Below, piece by piece: positions 63,814 through 64,000 of a stretch of DNA of 64,000 bases. The stretch is taken from assembly GCF_001194135.2 (NCBI RefSeq), contig NC_069003.1, positions 16,752,999-16,816,998 of the forward strand. The letters are read 5' to 3'. A program made the translations under genes and the position numbers. Position 1 is the first letter of the stretch. Every line of letters starts with the position of its first letter. The stretch comes from Octopus bimaculoides (Eukaryota). Under the pieces are notes generated by a model. It was not told the DNA's origin. It ran no database searches and was given only the letters and a program-made list of their open reading frames with translations.

Positions 63814-64000
63814 TTAAGGAATGGAGTGAACGCATGTTATAACTGCATACTTTATTCCGACATATGTTTCGAAGAATTACAATTTATGCGATTCATAGGA
63901 ATCGTCGATGTTAAAAATGTAAACTTCTCCTCAGGGAAATGTATGGGGATCATCTTAAATGTAAGACATTATGACCGAGTATGAGAACTATAGTTGGATA

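Overview
AT-rich, gap-rich eukaryotic scaffold dense in (TA)n/(CA)n/(GA)n microsatellites. The repeat landscape suggests an octopus genome (inference, not searched). Most of the window is decayed mobile DNA: two Helitron relics, many RTE-clade LINE pieces and their (GAT)n-tailed 3' ends, tRNA-headed SINEs, two mariner relics, two head-to-tail R4/Dong-like LINE 3' halves, a HERO-like LINE, Penelope-like (PLE) fragments, a Ty3/Gypsy relic and a near full-length Tx1/L1-clade LINE. One host gene is supportable: a two-coding-exon, 152-aa ORF (32909-33779, +) with an RFX X-box about 1.2 kb upstream. The most notable structure is a three-layer nest at 52.1-60.2 kb. A Gypsy gag is split, with a 7-bp TSD, by a ~300-nt hammerhead-ribozyme (HHR) repeat arranged as an inverted copy plus a partial tandem. 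That repeat is in turn split by the Tx1-like LINE, 9 nt upstream of the ribozyme stem. A second repeat family carries a variant HHR-like core, and several near-perfect palindromes and long inverted repeats occur. All alignments were read by eye. Many boundaries are approximate, and about 10 kb of N gaps cannot be assessed.
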